From Actinomycetota bacterium (lineage in GTDB: Bacteria; Actinomycetota; Actinomycetes; Actinomycetales; Microbacteriaceae), in NCBI GenBank assembly GCA_046046825.1, contig JBJOJC010000129.1, positions 1-36,981 on the forward strand: a stretch of DNA of 36,981 nt, given 5' to 3'. A model generated the notes under the pieces. That model was not told the origin of the DNA and searched no databases. It worked only from the letters and a program-made list of their open reading frames with translations. Positions 21,859-30,706 of the stretch are shown in pieces. Positions within the stretch are counted from its first letter, which is position 1. The number at the start of each line of letters is the position of its first letter. Both the position numbers and the translations under genes were made by a program.

Positions 21859-23186
21859 GAATTCTTTAACGCATCTAGGCGTCTGAGTGATTCGTTTCGC
21901 TCTTCCGAGTGATCCACAATTTGCTTCGGATAACCATTCGAATATCCCGAAACTTGATTCCAAGGCTCATGAGCCGACGAACCTTGCAAGTGGCGAAGCT
22001 CAGGAATGTACTTCCGCACGTAGTCCCCGTTCGGGTCAAACTTCAGACCTTGAAGTACCGGATTGAAAACACGGTAATAGGGGGATGCGTCGGTGCCACA
22101 ACCCGCAGTCCATTGCCAACCGTGGCTATTCGACGCAGGGTCAAAATCGGTTAGGTTCTCTTCAAACCAACGTGCTCCGTGTTGCCACTCAAAATGCAAA
22201 TCTTTGATTAGGAAAGACGCCACAATCATGCGAACTCGGTTGTGCATCCAACCGTCGGAAAGTAGTTGCCGCATTCCAGCATCAACCATTGGATAGCCAG
22301 TCTCGCCCTGACACCACCTGGCAAAAACCTGTTCATCAAAGTTGTACTCCATGCCCGCATACTTTGAATCCAAATAACCGGTGAGTGTGTGAGGATTGTG
22401 CCAAAGCACGTCGGCGTAAAACTCACGCCAAGCTATTTCTTTTCGGAAAACATCCGCACCTGCGCCAGGCTCCAAACGCTCCAAGATTGTGCGCGGGTGA
22501 ATTTCACCGTGGCTTAGAGCATGTGAGAGGTGAGAAGTGCCTCCCAGATCGGCACGATTACGGTCATCTTGATAGTCATCAACGCGACCATCCAAAAAGC
22601 GTTCTAACGTCCTGACAGCAAAGCTCTCGCCAGCCTTAATGTCTGCCCCAAACTCGAGTTGCGGATCAAAACTCGTTTCAACCGGTGCTAAAACGTTCTC
22701 TAGGGAAGGAGCGGTTGCGCTGTGCCCAAAATCGTTCTTGGTCCACTCGTTATAGAACGGCGTGTAGACGCGATATGGAGTTCCGTCACCTTTTCTCACC
22801 GAGCCTGGGGCAACGGCATAATTACCTGGGCCAAGAATCAGCTCTGCGCCAATCGCATTAAGGTCTTTTGCGACTGCGTGCATTTCCTTAAACCCGTTGG
22901 TGTCATAGGCAGTGGAAGCAAATACCTTCTCAACACCGTGAAACTTTGCCAACTTCAGTAATTCATTGGCATTTTCTACTATCGAAAGCCGGTTGTTGAG
23001 ACTCTTCGAGAGTGAACTCCATGAGGCACGGAGTGAGTTCCTTCGGATTTCGGAAAGCAAAGAGAACTTTGAGCCGAGTAAGTCGGCCGAGGCAACCAAA
23101 ATTGTCGGGCCGTCCGAAAGAGCTGCGTTTAGAGCGGGATGATCACTGATTCTCAAATCCCGTCGGAACCAAAAAATGTTTGGCAT
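21855..23186 (-). CDS. phr: Deoxyribodipyrimidine (CPD) photolyase, cryptochrome/photolyase family
   Basis: WFRRDLRISDHPAL, PYRVYTPFY, TSHLS, WREFY, TGYPMVDAGMRQL, GWMHNRVRM, D.D.ASN..GWQW, YRVFNP, KFDP.G.YVR. True start is ATG 23186 (TGATG overlap with ctaA); 443 aa. Confidence 0.94.
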   Translation of the reverse strand: MPNIFWFRRDLRISDHPALNAALSDGPTILVASADLLGSKFSLLSEIRRNSLRASWSSLSKSLNNRLSIVENANELLKLAKFHGVEKVFASTAYDTNGFKEMHAVAKDLNAIGAELILGPGNYAVAPGSVRKGDGTPYRVYTPFYNEWTKNDFGHSATAPSLENVLAPVETSFDPQLEFGADIKAGESFAVRTLERFLDGRVDDYQDDRNRADLGGTSHLSHALSHGEIHPRTILERLEPGAGADVFRKEIAWREFYADVLWHNPHTLTGYLDSKYAGMEYNFDEQVFARWCQGETGYPMVDAGMRQLLSDGWMHNRVRMIVASFLIKDLHFEWQHGARWFEENLTDFDPASNSHGWQWTAGCGTDASPYYRVFNPVLQGLKFDPNGDYVRKYIPELRHLQGSSAHEPWNQVSGYSNGYPKQIVDHSEERNESLRRLDALKNS

Positions 23187-24067
23187 CAATTGACTTTGCT
23201 GGAGGTAGACAGAACCTGAAACGTAAGCAATGAGATGAATACCGAAGCCAAGGTCATGTGCACAATAACTAGACCAACTGGCAATCCGAGTCGAGCCTGA
23301 GCCACGCCAACAATCGCTTGCAGAATGGCGCAAACCACTATCCAAAACGTAATTCTGCTGGCAGGACCGTCGACGTCACGCTTTCTAACTATTAGAAGCA
23401 GCGTGAAAGCCAGGGCGAGCGTCACATACGCAGGATATGAGTGGTAATGCTGCCACATTGAGGTATCTAATCCATTTCTCGGTGTCTCGGCGTCACCAGC
23501 GTGAGGACCACTACCTGTGACAACTACCCCTACCAGTACCGCAATTGAACCCATAATGGCAATTGCGCGCGCCAGCAGCACCTCATAAGTGTCTGGACGC
23601 GTGATTTCTAGGCTATAAGTTCTCCAGAGTTGAACTGACGCCACTGCGATCATGAGTCCACTCACCACAAAGTGGAGGCCGACCACCCATGGATTTAGTT
23701 TCATAAGAACGCTGATGCCACCAATGATGGCTTGCAGAAAGATACCTGCAACCAAAAGTATCGAGGTAATCCGAATTCGGCGCCCGCGTGCAAGTTTTAG
23801 TGCGAACAAAACGGTAAGAACGGCGATGATGAGCAGCACAAAAGTAAGCAGTCGATTTGTGAATTCGATAACACCGTGGATTCCCATTTCGGGAACGTTC
23901 ACCAGTGAATCATCGGTGCAACTCGGCCAGGTTGGGCAACCCAAACCAGAGCCTGTTAGTCGAACCGCTCCGCCAGTAACCACAATCAGAATCTGAGAAA
24001 CCAGAGAAGCCCACACCAGAATGCGTAGTCTCGACTCGGTTGCTAGCCGACTGATGATAGTTGTCAT
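23186..24067 (-). CDS. ctaA: Heme A synthase (COX15/CtaA family)
   Basis: TGGAVRLTGSGLGCPTWPSC, IEFTNR, Q.IIGG.SV, VVGLHF, VTGSGPHAGD, multiple TM helices. Start at ATG 24067 with GAGGT SD. Confidence 0.93.
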   Translation of the reverse strand: MTTIISRLATESRLRILVWASLVSQILIVVTGGAVRLTGSGLGCPTWPSCTDDSLVNVPEMGIHGVIEFTNRLLTFVLLIIAVLTVLFALKLARGRRIRITSILLVAGIFLQAIIGGISVLMKLNPWVVGLHFVVSGLMIAVASVQLWRTYSLEITRPDTYEVLLARAIAIMGSIAVLVGVVVTGSGPHAGDAETPRNGLDTSMWQHYHSYPAYVTLALAFTLLLIVRKRDVDGPASRITFWIVVCAILQAIVGVAQARLGLPVGLVIVHMTLASVFISLLTFQVLSTSSKVN

Positions 24068-24097
24068 GGGATTCTTTACCTCGAGACCTCGTCCAAG

Positions 24098-24229
24098 TAG
24101 AATTGGGGTTGTCGAGCAGTGCTGCACCCGAACCCAATAAGTCTTACATGCCTATTTGTTGCATGTCTTGGTTTGGGGAATTATTTCACTGTCAATCGAC
24201 TTTTCAACTGTCGGAGAAGGGTTTTGAGT
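24098..24229 (+). promoter_or_regulatory. Putative suf promoter -10 (TAGAAT) and structured 5' leader of about 120 nt
   Basis: TAGAAT at 24098-24103; nested inverted repeats across 24111-24200; SD-like GGAGAAGG at 24213-24220. Confidence 0.5.
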
Positions 24230-25648
24230 ATGTCTGAAAACATCATTGAGCGTCCAGAACTAGACAGCTTAGGTAATTACGAGTTTGGCTGGTCCGACAA
24301 GGACACAGCTGGTGAAACCGCAAAACGCGGCATCAGCAATGAAGTTGTTCGTGACATTAGCGGAAAAAAGAGCGAACCGGCCTGGATGCTAGAAATGCGA
24401 CTCAAAGGATTCGACTATTTCAACCGTAAGCCGATGCCGAACTGGGGCGCAGACCTCTCAGGGATCGATTTCGACAACATTAAGTACTTTGTCCGTTCAA
24501 CTGAAAAACAGGCTCAATCTTGGGAAGACCTTCCAGAGGATATCAAGAACACCTATGAACGTCTTGGTATACCCGAGGCGGAACGTAGCCGTTTGGTTGC
24601 TGGTGTGGCAGCGCAATACGAGTCTGAAGTTGTATACCACCAGATTCACGAGGAACTAGAGGCTCAGGGAGTAATCTTCCTCGACACCGACACTGCCCTG
24701 AAAGAACACCCAGAGATTTTCCAGCAGTACTTCGGAACCGTAATTCCTGCAGGAGACAACAAATTTGCCGCACTAAACACTTCTGTTTGGTCGGGTGGAT
24801 CGTTTGTTTATGTACCTAAAGGTGTTCACGTTGAGATTCCACTTCAGGCGTACTTCCGCATCAACACTGAGAACATGGGCCAGTTCGAAAGAACTCTAAT
24901 CATTGCCGATGAAGGCTCATACGTTCACTACATTGAGGGCTGCACTGCACCGATTTACCAGAGCGACTCGCTACACTCAGCCGTGGTTGAGATCATTGTC
25001 AAGAAGAACGCCCGCGTTCGCTACACCACCATCCAGAACTGGTCGACCAACGTTTACAACCTTGTAACCAAGCGCGCAGTAGCCGAAGAGGGTGCCACCA
25101 TGGAATGGGTTGATGGCAACATCGGCTCTAAGGTAACCATGAAGTATCCGGCTGTCATTTTGGCTGGAGAACATGCCAAGGGGGAGACACTTTCGGTGGC
25201 ATTCGCGGGACCGGGTCAACACCAAGACGCTGGCGCCAAGATGATTCACCTAGCTCCTAACACTTCGTCTTCGATTATTTCTAAGTCGATCGCTCGAGGC
25301 GGTGGAAGAACCTCTTACCGCGGTGAAATCCGTGTAAATCCAGGTGCGTACAACTCGGCCAACACAGTTCGCTGTGATGCACTTTTGGTTGACACGATTA
25401 GCCGCTCAGACACCTACCCGGCAGTTGATGTTCGCGAAGACAACGTCACAATGGGCCATGAGGCAACTGTTTCGCGAGTAAGCGACGAGCAGTTGTTCTA
25501 CCTACAGTCACGCGGCCTTCCAGAGGATGAAGCCATGGCCATGATTGTTCGTGGTTTCATCGAACCAATTGCTAAGGAACTCCCTATGGAGTACGCACTC
25601 GAACTAAACAAGCTAATTGAAATGCAAATGGAAGGGGCTGTTGGCTAG
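24230..25648 (+). CDS. sufB: Fe-S cluster assembly protein SufB
   Basis: [67 protein letters not shown] 24230 gives 472 aa; no intein. Confidence 0.98.
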   Translation: MSENIIERPELDSLGNYEFGWSDKDTAGETAKRGISNEVVRDISGKKSEPAWMLEMRLKGFDYFNRKPMPNWGADLSGIDFDNIKYFVRSTEKQAQSWEDLPEDIKNTYERLGIPEAERSRLVAGVAAQYESEVVYHQIHEELEAQGVIFLDTDTALKEHPEIFQQYFGTVIPAGDNKFAALNTSVWSGGSFVYVPKGVHVEIPLQAYFRINTENMGQFERTLIIADEGSYVHYIEGCTAPIYQSDSLHSAVVEIIVKKNARVRYTTIQNWSTNVYNLVTKRAVAEEGATMEWVDGNIGSKVTMKYPAVILAGEHAKGETLSVAFAGPGQHQDAGAKMIHLAPNTSSSIISKSIARGGGRTSYRGEIRVNPGAYNSANTVRCDALLVDTISRSDTYPAVDVREDNVTMGHEATVSRVSDEQLFYLQSRGLPEDEAMAMIVRGFIEPIAKELPMEYALELNKLIEMQMEGAVG

Positions 25649-26760
25649 TGCAGGAACATAGTCACGGCGCTGGAGTACCACTTCAGATTCGTTCAGAACG
25701 ACCTCGCTCGGTGAACCCAAGCGATTTCGACGAAATCACCATTCGCGACGAACAGTGGCGTTATCTTCACGTTGACCGCTTACAAGGCTTGGAAACCGCA
25801 TTGTCGCCTTTTGCTGGTTCTTTTTCGGGCGAGAGCCTGATTGCGGTTGCGGCCGAAAGCTCGTCACGTGGCGAAATCGGGTTACCAGAAGACCTGGTTG
25901 CAGCGAACGTCTGGCAAGCGACCTCAGAAGTACAGACCTTCACGTTCGATGGTGAAATAGGAACCAAAGTTGTCAACATCGAAGCTACGGGAACCAAAGA
26001 AGCATTGGAAATATTCATCGAGGCAAAGCCTTTCAGTTCCGGAACTATCGTTCTAAACCACGTTGGATCTGGCAGCTTGGCAGAGATTGTTGAAATCAAG
26101 GTTGGAGCAGAAGCTAACATTTCAGTGGTTTCTATTCAGAATCTAGATGACAGCGCAGCATTCACCTCATCACACTTTGCTAAGTTAGACCGAAACTCAC
26201 AGCTCAAGCACGTTGTGGTTTCTGTTGGTGGTAAGACGATTCGTGTAGTCCCTTCAGTTACCTTTAGCGGACCTGGCGCCAAGGTAGACATGCTCGGCGC
26301 TTACTTCGCAAACGGTGACCAGCACATCGAGCACCGCCCGTTTGTTGACCACAACCAACCGAATTGCGTTTCCGATGTCACCTACAAGGGTGCTCTTCAA
26401 GGTAACAAGGCCCACACAGTTTGGGTCGGAGATGTTCTGATCCGTAAGGAAGCGGAAGGAACAAAGACTTATGAACTTAACCGCAACCTTCTTCTAACCG
26501 ATGGGGCGCGAGCCGACTCTGTTCCTAACCTCGAAATCGAGACCGGACAGATCGAGGGAGCTGGCCACGCTAGTGCCAGTGGCCGCTTCGATGATGAACA
26601 GCTTTTCTACTTACAGGCCCGTGGAATCACCGAGCAGAACGCCAAACGTTTGGTGGTCAAGGGATTCCTAAACGACGTAATCAGCAAAATCGGCGTTCCT
26701 GAACTTGAAGACTCTTTGAACTCAGAAATCGAAGCCAAACTGGAAGGGAACCACAGATAA
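25648..26760 (+). CDS. sufD: Fe-S cluster assembly protein SufD
   Basis: EQWRY, YKGALQG, VWVGDVLIR, NRNLLL..GARADSVPNLEI, GAGHAS..GRFDDEQLFYL.ARGI; TAGTG overlap with sufB. Confidence 0.96.
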   Translation: MQEHSHGAGVPLQIRSERPRSVNPSDFDEITIRDEQWRYLHVDRLQGLETALSPFAGSFSGESLIAVAAESSSRGEIGLPEDLVAANVWQATSEVQTFTFDGEIGTKVVNIEATGTKEALEIFIEAKPFSSGTIVLNHVGSGSLAEIVEIKVGAEANISVVSIQNLDDSAAFTSSHFAKLDRNSQLKHVVVSVGGKTIRVVPSVTFSGPGAKVDMLGAYFANGDQHIEHRPFVDHNQPNCVSDVTYKGALQGNKAHTVWVGDVLIRKEAEGTKTYELNRNLLLTDGARADSVPNLEIETGQIEGAGHASASGRFDDEQLFYLQARGITEQNAKRLVVKGFLNDVISKIGVPELEDSLNSEIEAKLEGNHR

Positions 26761-27074
26761 TGGCACACCTAATTTGCCCAGAAGCCGACATCAAGCCAGG
26801 ACGCGCCATTCGCGTGAAGATCGCCGACCAAGCAATTGCAATTGCAAAATCGAAAGACGGCAACGTTTACGCCCTTGATGACAAATGCTCACACGGCGAG
26901 ATTTCACTCAGCGAGGGCTTTGTCGACACCGACACAATTGAGTGTTGGGCTCACGGTGCAAAGTTTTCACTCGCAACCGGTGAGGCTCTCACTCTTCCAG
27001 CATTTGAACCTGTAGCAACCTATGAAGTCTTCGTCGAAGACGGCAACATTTACCTCGAATACGACCCAGCCTAA
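26760..27074 (+). CDS. Rieske-type [2Fe-2S] ferredoxin
   Basis: CSH...SLSEG...IECWAH (CxH...CxxH), F.L.TG...LPA; usual position in actinobacterial suf operons. Confidence 0.93.
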   Translation: MAHLICPEADIKPGRAIRVKIADQAIAIAKSKDGNVYALDDKCSHGEISLSEGFVDTDTIECWAHGAKFSLATGEALTLPAFEPVATYEVFVEDGNIYLEYDPA

Positions 27075-27082
27075 GGAAAATT

Positions 27083-27832
27083 GTGGCAACTCTAGAAATT
27101 AAGAACCTACACGTAAGTGTTCAAACCGAAAACGGTGCCAAAGAGATCCTTCGCGGGGTTGACCTGGTGATTCGCAGCGGTGAGACTCACGCAATCATGG
27201 GACCAAACGGTTCAGGCAAGTCAACCTTGGCTTACTCAATCGCGGGTCACCCTAAGTACGAGGTAACCGAGGGCGAAATCTTGCTAGATGGCGAAAACGT
27301 TCTTGAGATGAGCCCAGACGAACGTGCCCGCGCCGGCCTTTTCCTGGCTATGCAGTACCCGGTTGAAATTCCTGGCATCTCAGTAGGCAACTTCCTTCGC
27401 ACAGCAAAAACCGCTGTCTCAGGTGAAGCGCCTGCTTTACGCACTTGGATCAAGGAAGTGAAGGAGTCGATGGAGAACCTTCGCATGGACTCAGCCTTCA
27501 CCGAGCGAAATGTGAATGAAGGCTTCTCCGGTGGTGAGAAGAAGCGCCACGAAATCTTGCAGATGGAACTTCTAAAGCCACAGTTCGCGATCCTTGATGA
27601 GACTGACTCTGGTCTCGACGTTGACGCACTGAAGATCGTTTCTGAGGGCGTCAACCGAGCCCAGCAGGCGAGCGACATGGGTGTGCTTCTAATCACCCAC
27701 TACACCAGAATTTTGAAGTACATCAAACCTGACTTCGTTCACGTGTTTGTCGCTGGAAAAGTTGCTGAAGAGGGTGGGCCAGAACTTGCCGACCGCTTGG
27801 AAGCCGAAGGCTACGATCGCTACCTAAGCTAA
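27083..27832 (+). CDS. sufC: Fe-S cluster assembly ATPase SufC
   Basis: HAIMGPNGSGKST, LFLAMQYPVEIPG, NEGFSGGEKKR, LDETDSGLDVDAL, ITHY. Confidence 0.98.
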   Translation: MATLEIKNLHVSVQTENGAKEILRGVDLVIRSGETHAIMGPNGSGKSTLAYSIAGHPKYEVTEGEILLDGENVLEMSPDERARAGLFLAMQYPVEIPGISVGNFLRTAKTAVSGEAPALRTWIKEVKESMENLRMDSAFTERNVNEGFSGGEKKRHEILQMELLKPQFAILDETDSGLDVDALKIVSEGVNRAQQASDMGVLLITHYTRILKYIKPDFVHVFVAGKVAEEGGPELADRLEAEGYDRYLS

Positions 27833-28161
27833 TGGCAAAAGAACTTACCCCAGAGCGCCATGACGAAGTTCTAGAAGCGCTGAAAGAAGTAATTGACCCT
27901 GAGATCGGTGTCAACATTGTTGATCTCGGTCTGGTTTACGGTGCGGAAGAGTCTGAAGAAGACGGGTCTCTGCTCATCAACATGACGCTAACCTCTGCTG
28001 GGTGCCCGCTAACCGATGTCATCGAGGAGCAAACCGCTGCTGCACTAGAGGGGGTCACCGAGGCTTTCCGAATCAACTGGATTTGGATGCCGCCATGGGG
28101 GCCTGAGCTAATCACTGAAGACGGACGCGAACAAATGCGTGCGATTGGATTTGCTATCTAG
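27832..28161 (+). CDS. sufT: DUF59/SufT-type metal-sulfur cluster assembly factor
   Basis: VIDPEIGVNIVDLGLVY, MTLTSAGCPLTD, W.PPW; TAATG overlap with sufC. Confidence 0.92.
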   Translation: MAKELTPERHDEVLEALKEVIDPEIGVNIVDLGLVYGAEESEEDGSLLINMTLTSAGCPLTDVIEEQTAAALEGVTEAFRINWIWMPPWGPELITEDGREQMRAIGFAI

Positions 28162-28163
28162 TA

Positions 28164-29762
28164 ATGCTTTCCGTCCAAGATCTCGAAATACGAATTGGCG
28201 CCAGACTTCTTATGTCTGGCGTAAATTTTCGTGTAGCGCGAGGCGACAAAGTTGGTTTGGTTGGTCGTAACGGCGCCGGTAAAACCACGCTCACCAAAAT
28301 TCTTTCGGGGGAGAGTGCGCCATCTGGCGGCAACGTTGACCGACACGGAGAAATTGGTTACTTACCGCAAGATCCACGAAGTGGCGACCCTGAGGAACTC
28401 GCACGCACGCGAATCTTGAACGCACGTGGCTTGGGTGACATAGCTCTAAAGATGTCAAAGGCCACAGAAGACATGGGCTCTATCGACCAGACCGTCTACG
28501 AACGCGGAATGAAGCAATACTCTCGATTAGAGGAAGAGTTTCAAGCAGCCGGTGGCTATGCCGCTGAGGCCGAGGCAGCTGCAATCGCAGGCAACCTTGG
28601 CATCAAAGAGTCAATCCTTAGCCAGCCTTTGAAAACACTTTCAGGTGGTCAACGTCGCCGTATCGAACTTGCTCGCATTCTCTTCTCGAACGCACAAACC
28701 ATGATTCTCGACGAGCCAACTAACCACCTCGATGCCGACTCGGTGATTTGGTTGCGAGACTTTCTGAAGAGCTACAGCGGCGGCCTAATCGTGATTAGCC
28801 ACGATGTTGACCTAATTGGTGAAACCGTGAACCGTGTTTTCTACCTCGACGCAATTCGTACCGTAATCGACGTTTACAACATGAGCTGGGCTAATTATCT
28901 AAAGCAGCGCGAGAGCGATGAAGAACGGCGCAAGCGCGAGCGATCCAACGCAGAGAAGAAAGCAACAACACTGCAGCTTCAGGCGGCTCGTTTCGGTGCA
29001 AAGAATTCAAAGGCTGCTGCGGCACAACAGATGGTCAAACGAGCAGAACGCTTACTCTCAGGACTCGAGGATGTTCGTGAGGTGGATCGCGTTGCCAAGA
29101 TTCGTTTCCCCGAACCGGCACCTTGTGGAAAAACTCCACTATTCGCAGAGAACTTGAGTAAGTCTTACGGTTCACTTGAGATTTTCACCGCGGTTGACCT
29201 TGCCATCGATCGAGGTTCCAAGGTTGTTGTTCTCGGGCTCAATGGCGCTGGTAAGACAACTTTGCTACGTATCCTCGCTGGCATCGACGAATCGGACACT
29301 GGAAAAGTGCTGCCAGGTCACGGGCTAAAGATTGGTTACTACGCTCAGGAACACGAGACATTGGACGTCAATTTGACCGTCTTAGAAAACATGCAACGTT
29401 CTGCACCACAATTGAACGATACCGATTGCCGAAAGGTACTTGGATCATTCCTTTTTTCAGGTGACGACGTGACTAAGAAAGCTGGCGTTCTAAGCGGTGG
29501 AGAGAAGACTCGTCTAGCCTTAGCAACAATCGTTGTGTCTTCGGCGAACGTTCTGCTACTCGATGAACCAACGAACAACCTTGACCCAGCAAGCCGCGAG
29601 GAGATCCTTGGGGCCTTGAACTCTTTCACGGGAGCCGTTGTGCTCGTCTCTCACGATGAAGGAGCTGTTCGAGCGTTGAACGCCGATCGCGTTCTAATAC
29701 TTCCCGACGGGGTTGAAGACCACTGGAATGAAAGTTACGCCGAGCTTATTTCGCTCTCGTAA
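28164..29762 (+). CDS. ABC-F family ATPase (ribosome-associated translation factor type)
   Basis: Two ABC domains (GRNGAGKTT, GLNGAGKTT; LSGGQ/LSGGE; DEPTNHLD/DEPTNNLD), GYLPQ, charged inter-domain linker, no TM segments. Confidence 0.94.
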   Translation: MLSVQDLEIRIGARLLMSGVNFRVARGDKVGLVGRNGAGKTTLTKILSGESAPSGGNVDRHGEIGYLPQDPRSGDPEELARTRILNARGLGDIALKMSKATEDMGSIDQTVYERGMKQYSRLEEEFQAAGGYAAEAEAAAIAGNLGIKESILSQPLKTLSGGQRRRIELARILFSNAQTMILDEPTNHLDADSVIWLRDFLKSYSGGLIVISHDVDLIGETVNRVFYLDAIRTVIDVYNMSWANYLKQRESDEERRKRERSNAEKKATTLQLQAARFGAKNSKAAAAQQMVKRAERLLSGLEDVREVDRVAKIRFPEPAPCGKTPLFAENLSKSYGSLEIFTAVDLAIDRGSKVVVLGLNGAGKTTLLRILAGIDESDTGKVLPGHGLKIGYYAQEHETLDVNLTVLENMQRSAPQLNDTDCRKVLGSFLFSGDDVTKKAGVLSGGEKTRLALATIVVSSANVLLLDEPTNNLDPASREEILGALNSFTGAVVLVSHDEGAVRALNADRVLILPDGVEDHWNESYAELISLS

Positions 29763-30527
29763 TTAGTCTTCGGCTTCCGCGTCTAATTCAGCGCGTGATT
29801 TCTTTTTAGCTTTCGCAACACCGGTTTCGAGCTCGCGATCGCGCCTTATCCTCCAGAACAGCGCCGACATCGCCATCAGAGCAAATAACACCCATTGGAG
29901 TGCGTAACTCAGATTGTTTCCCTCTTCAATTGAAGGGCTTGGCATCTTGGTCAGGTCTTTAGGATATTTGGATTCTTCTGTAACCAAACGGAGGTATCCG
30001 TTAGTTACTGTCGGTACATCAGTTATCTTGCTAGCCAACGCGGGGTTTATCGAAGCGATCTGACCTTTTGGTGCACCTCGCTCGAGAACCGGCTCGCTTG
30101 GCAATATTCGACCAACAACTGTTACGGTCTCGGAAGGAATCGCTGGAATGATGTCTGGCAAATCCTGATTTGATCCCGTCGGTATCCAACCTCGACTGAT
30201 CAGAAAACTCTTGCCACTTAGAGTGGTAAACGGAACTAGTTGCTCGAAACCGGGTTGCCCATTGTTCGGTCGGTTTCTTACCAGCAACATTTCTTCAGCC
30301 TGGTAGTAACCGACCAATGAAACTCGTCGCCAAGTGGACTCTGGAAGGTTGAATTTGCCTCCGTCAAGCATGTCATCAACTGCCACAATCGGATCTTTAT
30401 AGTTCCCCGTTACGAGGTTTATGGAGGCAAGTTTTGCCTCGCGTCTTGAAAGTTGCCAATTGGCTAAGAAACCGCAAGCAACCGTGAAAACAACCACAAG
30501 AGCGATCCAATTAATCCAGCGCTTCAT
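29763..30527 (-). CDS. SURF1 family protein (cytochrome oxidase biogenesis)
   Basis: N-terminal TM followed by WQL.RR..K, WRRV...G.Y, RNR...G.PG, ISRGWIP, GN.LSYALQW.LFA plus a C-terminal TM. Confidence 0.92.
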   Translation of the reverse strand: MKRWINWIALVVVFTVACGFLANWQLSRREAKLASINLVTGNYKDPIVAVDDMLDGGKFNLPESTWRRVSLVGYYQAEEMLLVRNRPNNGQPGFEQLVPFTTLSGKSFLISRGWIPTGSNQDLPDIIPAIPSETVTVVGRILPSEPVLERGAPKGQIASINPALASKITDVPTVTNGYLRLVTEESKYPKDLTKMPSPSIEEGNNLSYALQWVLFALMAMSALFWRIRRDRELETGVAKAKKKSRAELDAEAED

Positions 30528-30706
30528 GAGCTTGCGGCCGTTCGTAGAAAGAACCCGCGAATTGTTAGGTAGGAAATAAAGTAGTCGAGATGCTCGTCAC
30601 ATGATCCCCAGATTTTTTCAATCCCCGGTGCGTGTAGTTTCGGATTACTCCAAATGACTTTCATGGTCATCTGAGCAGTACAACCGGTGCGAGAGCAAAT
30701 GTTCAC
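30524..30706 (-). CDS. Small actinobacterial Cys/His protein (CSxxGC...W.NPKLH...W..CDEH), function unknown
   Basis: 60 aa; GTGA overlap with the DUF3099 stop and ATGA overlap with SURF1; the motif resembles hypothetical proteins I recall at this position in Actinobacteria. Confidence 0.8.
   Translation of the reverse strand: MNICSRTGCTAQMTMKVIWSNPKLHAPGIEKIWGSCDEHLDYFISYLTIRGFFLRTAASS

Noticed and set aside
23187-23345. 53-aa N-terminal extension of the photolyase overlapping ctaA
   Set aside because: The photolyase motif (WFRRDLR) begins right after ATG 23186, which is coupled to the ctaA stop; the extension is an open-frame artefact.
24068-24229. Extended and overlapping starts for ctaA (24127) and sufB (24119), or a sufR remnant
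   Set aside because: SD-supported ATGs exist at 24067 and 24230. The extensions look non-coding and show no HTH or SufR Cys pattern.
24230-25648. Intein in SufB (as in M. tuberculosis)
   Set aside because: The length of 472 aa and continuous motifs leave no insertion.
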